Below, piece by piece: positions 51,940 to 53,937 of a DNA stretch of 53,937 nucleotides. The notes below the pieces were generated by a model, which had not been told where the DNA came from, ran no database searches, and saw nothing but the letters and a program-made list of their open reading frames with translations. This stretch comes from Octopus bimaculoides (Eukaryota). Where the stretch lies: the NCBI RefSeq assembly GCF_001194135.2, contig NC_068993.1, positions 48,083,694 through 48,137,630 of the forward strand, in the 5' to 3' direction. Position numbers and translations under genes: made by a program. How positions within the stretch are numbered: position 1 is the stretch's first letter; every line of letters begins with the position of its first letter.

Positions 51940-52500
51940 TAGAGAATCTATTTATCATTACAGGTCACTTTTTCCGTCCAAGAAAGGTTCATTCGTGAGA
52001 CGAGACAGCAGACAATCACTCTCTGCCAGGGATTAGACTCGGGAAGTTTTCGAGTAACACATTGACCCAATTTGCTGACTTTTCCGATGGCACACGAGTA
52101 TCGATCAATGGTTGAATGAGCAAATCCAATCTTCTCTGCTAGTTCCTCAACAGTTACGATCGGATTTTTTTCATTATAGTTTGCAGGACATCCTCGTCGA
52201 GCTCTACAGATCTTCCAGGACAAAGCTCGTCTTCTAGACTGTAGTTTCTGGCTCGGAATTTCTGGAAACACTGTTGACACTGGCTTAAGCTTATTATCCG
52301 ATCCCTATATACTGCATTAGTATTCCTTGCACTTTCCGTTGCGTTGCTGCCTCTATTGAACTCATAAAACAAAATATGCCGAATATACTCCTTTATAGTC
52401 CATTATAGCTTTAAAAAAATAATTGTTAAAATGGAACTGCACTCTTCAAAACTTGCACTAAGGATATGGACGAAGTAAAATTACTACCCGCTTTTATGGC
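51940..52500 (-). mobile_element. Decayed mariner transposon, 5' half
   Basis: FYEFNRGSNATESARNTNAVY...QCQQCFQKFRARNYSLEDE..PGRSVELDED, frameshift, NPIVTVEELAEKIGFAHSTI...GKVSKLGQCVTRKL...VTCNDKWIL (HTH domains, WVPHEL-equivalent, first catalytic motif). Confidence 0.88.
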
Positions 52501-53586
52501 TAGTTGATGCAGGTAGTTTATCCTGTCCTCTCCGAATTTTCGTTCTTGCAATTAGAAAAACCGCTCTATTTATGGGCTGACCCAATAGTTCACATACTTG
52601 TGAATGAAAGAAAACCTCTACGTAGTGTCAGATAAACTAAAAAAAAAGCAACCAACACGTCAAAGTGTCTCAAATTACTGTCTACATTAAGAATGACACA
52701 GGATATTATTCGTGGAAATGTAATGTGTTGGTCAAGGCATAAAATGCTTATGTTCACAAGTAAGTTCCATTAGGGTTGTCTTTTAATAAACCGATCACAT
52801 GAAAATTAGTTGAAAAGTCCCACGGAATATAATATTTTGCGGATGATTTCAGAATGTGCCACCATCATCAAATAACCTCCCCAAAGTCATAATCGTAAAA
52901 CAATGTACGCCTATTTCGTTTAATATAATTTAGTTAAAATAGAGTTAGATGTTTTTCAGCCATTGTGGAATTAAATACAGCAGATATTCAGTTACAATAC
53001 CAAAGTCTGTTTTATGCGAGATCTAGAGTTGAGGGAGAGCGGGACATATGGTCGAAAGAAGACAGGTGAATGAACAGCTTTGCTAAACGTATCTGGGTAA
53101 ACAGATAATCTGGTTAAGTTAACGGAGAAAAAAAAAAGGACTATTAGAAGATTTTATACGAGATTTGAAGAAAAAGCCAAAGATGTGATTCATCGATGAA
53201 GATGTATTACTGAATAAATCTTCAGCACAAAGGTGAATGAACCTTTTTTAAGACGTCTTTGATGTTTGGAAATGTGTGCGTAGCAACAGTAGCAATTCCA
53301 TCGCTGATATAAGTAAAATGATTACCAGCTACACAATATGCGCAGTTCTATTAAAATGACAAACAAGGTCTTCAGCCTAGCTTTTCGAATGGATCTCATG
53401 TATCTCTTCAAAGTATTTAAAAAAAATAAAACATTTGTACTTTATAAGAAACCTTCGTATTACTCTCTTATTCTATGTTAGTTTAGAAATTTGGAACAAG
53501 GAAATGAAAATCATCATTATCTGAAACAATGAGATATGGATAATTACTATCTGAANNNNNNNNNNTATATATATATATATATATAT

Positions 53587-53678
53587 ATGGGAGAATATAC
53601 AAATAATAACAACAGACGAGGACAGGTGGTGTAAATAACAAAAGTATATATTAGTATGACGCTCGGGAATACGGAAAG
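53587..53678 (-). mobile_element. Second fragment of the Penelope-like repeat seen at 18165-18306
   Basis: Minus strand actttccgtattcccgagcgtcatactaat...acctgtcctcgtctgttg aligns with actttctcaccttctgagcgttaaactaat...acctgtcttcgtcttttg. Confidence 0.65.
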
Positions 53679-53879
53679 TATATATATATATACAGACACA
53701 CATACACACACCTAGGTACACATAAACATATATAGGTATATATAAATCTTTCCATCTCTATGAATGTAATAGATATACATTTATACATACACGCAGCCAT
53801 CTATGTACGTAGTTATGTCTATTTGTAAGTGCGTTTGTGCTTGTGTGTTAGCGTGGCTGCCTGTATGTGTGTATATTAT

Positions 53880-53883
53880 GTGT

Positions 53884-53937
<54 letters not shown>
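53880..53937. repeat. (GT)n microsatellite
   Basis: Seen directly. Confidence 0.95.

Overview
AT-rich animal genomic DNA from a gapped short-read-style scaffold: many N gaps, mostly flanked by (TA)n or other microsatellites. The repeat families look like those of an octopod cephalopod (Octopus); this is recognition, not a database result. The window reads as intronic or intergenic, and no intact, recognisable protein-coding gene was found. Nearly all long ORFs in the track are artefacts of microsatellites or N-runs. Supportable content: more than 20 copies or fragments of at least five tRNA-derived SINE-like families; five or six fragments of RLE-type (R4/Dong-like) non-LTR retrotransposons; three decayed Tc1/mariner elements; two fragments of a repeat with a Penelope-type hammerhead-like core; a possible piggyBac C-terminal remnant; and dense simple and compound microsatellites. 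The most interesting observations are that most R4/Dong fragments abut (TAA)n, that a mirror-ordered microsatellite block at 22.2-24.3 kb could form long dsRNA, that an antisense SINE family supplies strong 3' splice sites, and that a TATA+Inr core promoter and several exon-like islands hint at an unannotated long-intron transcript. No previously undescribed system can be claimed from the sequence alone.
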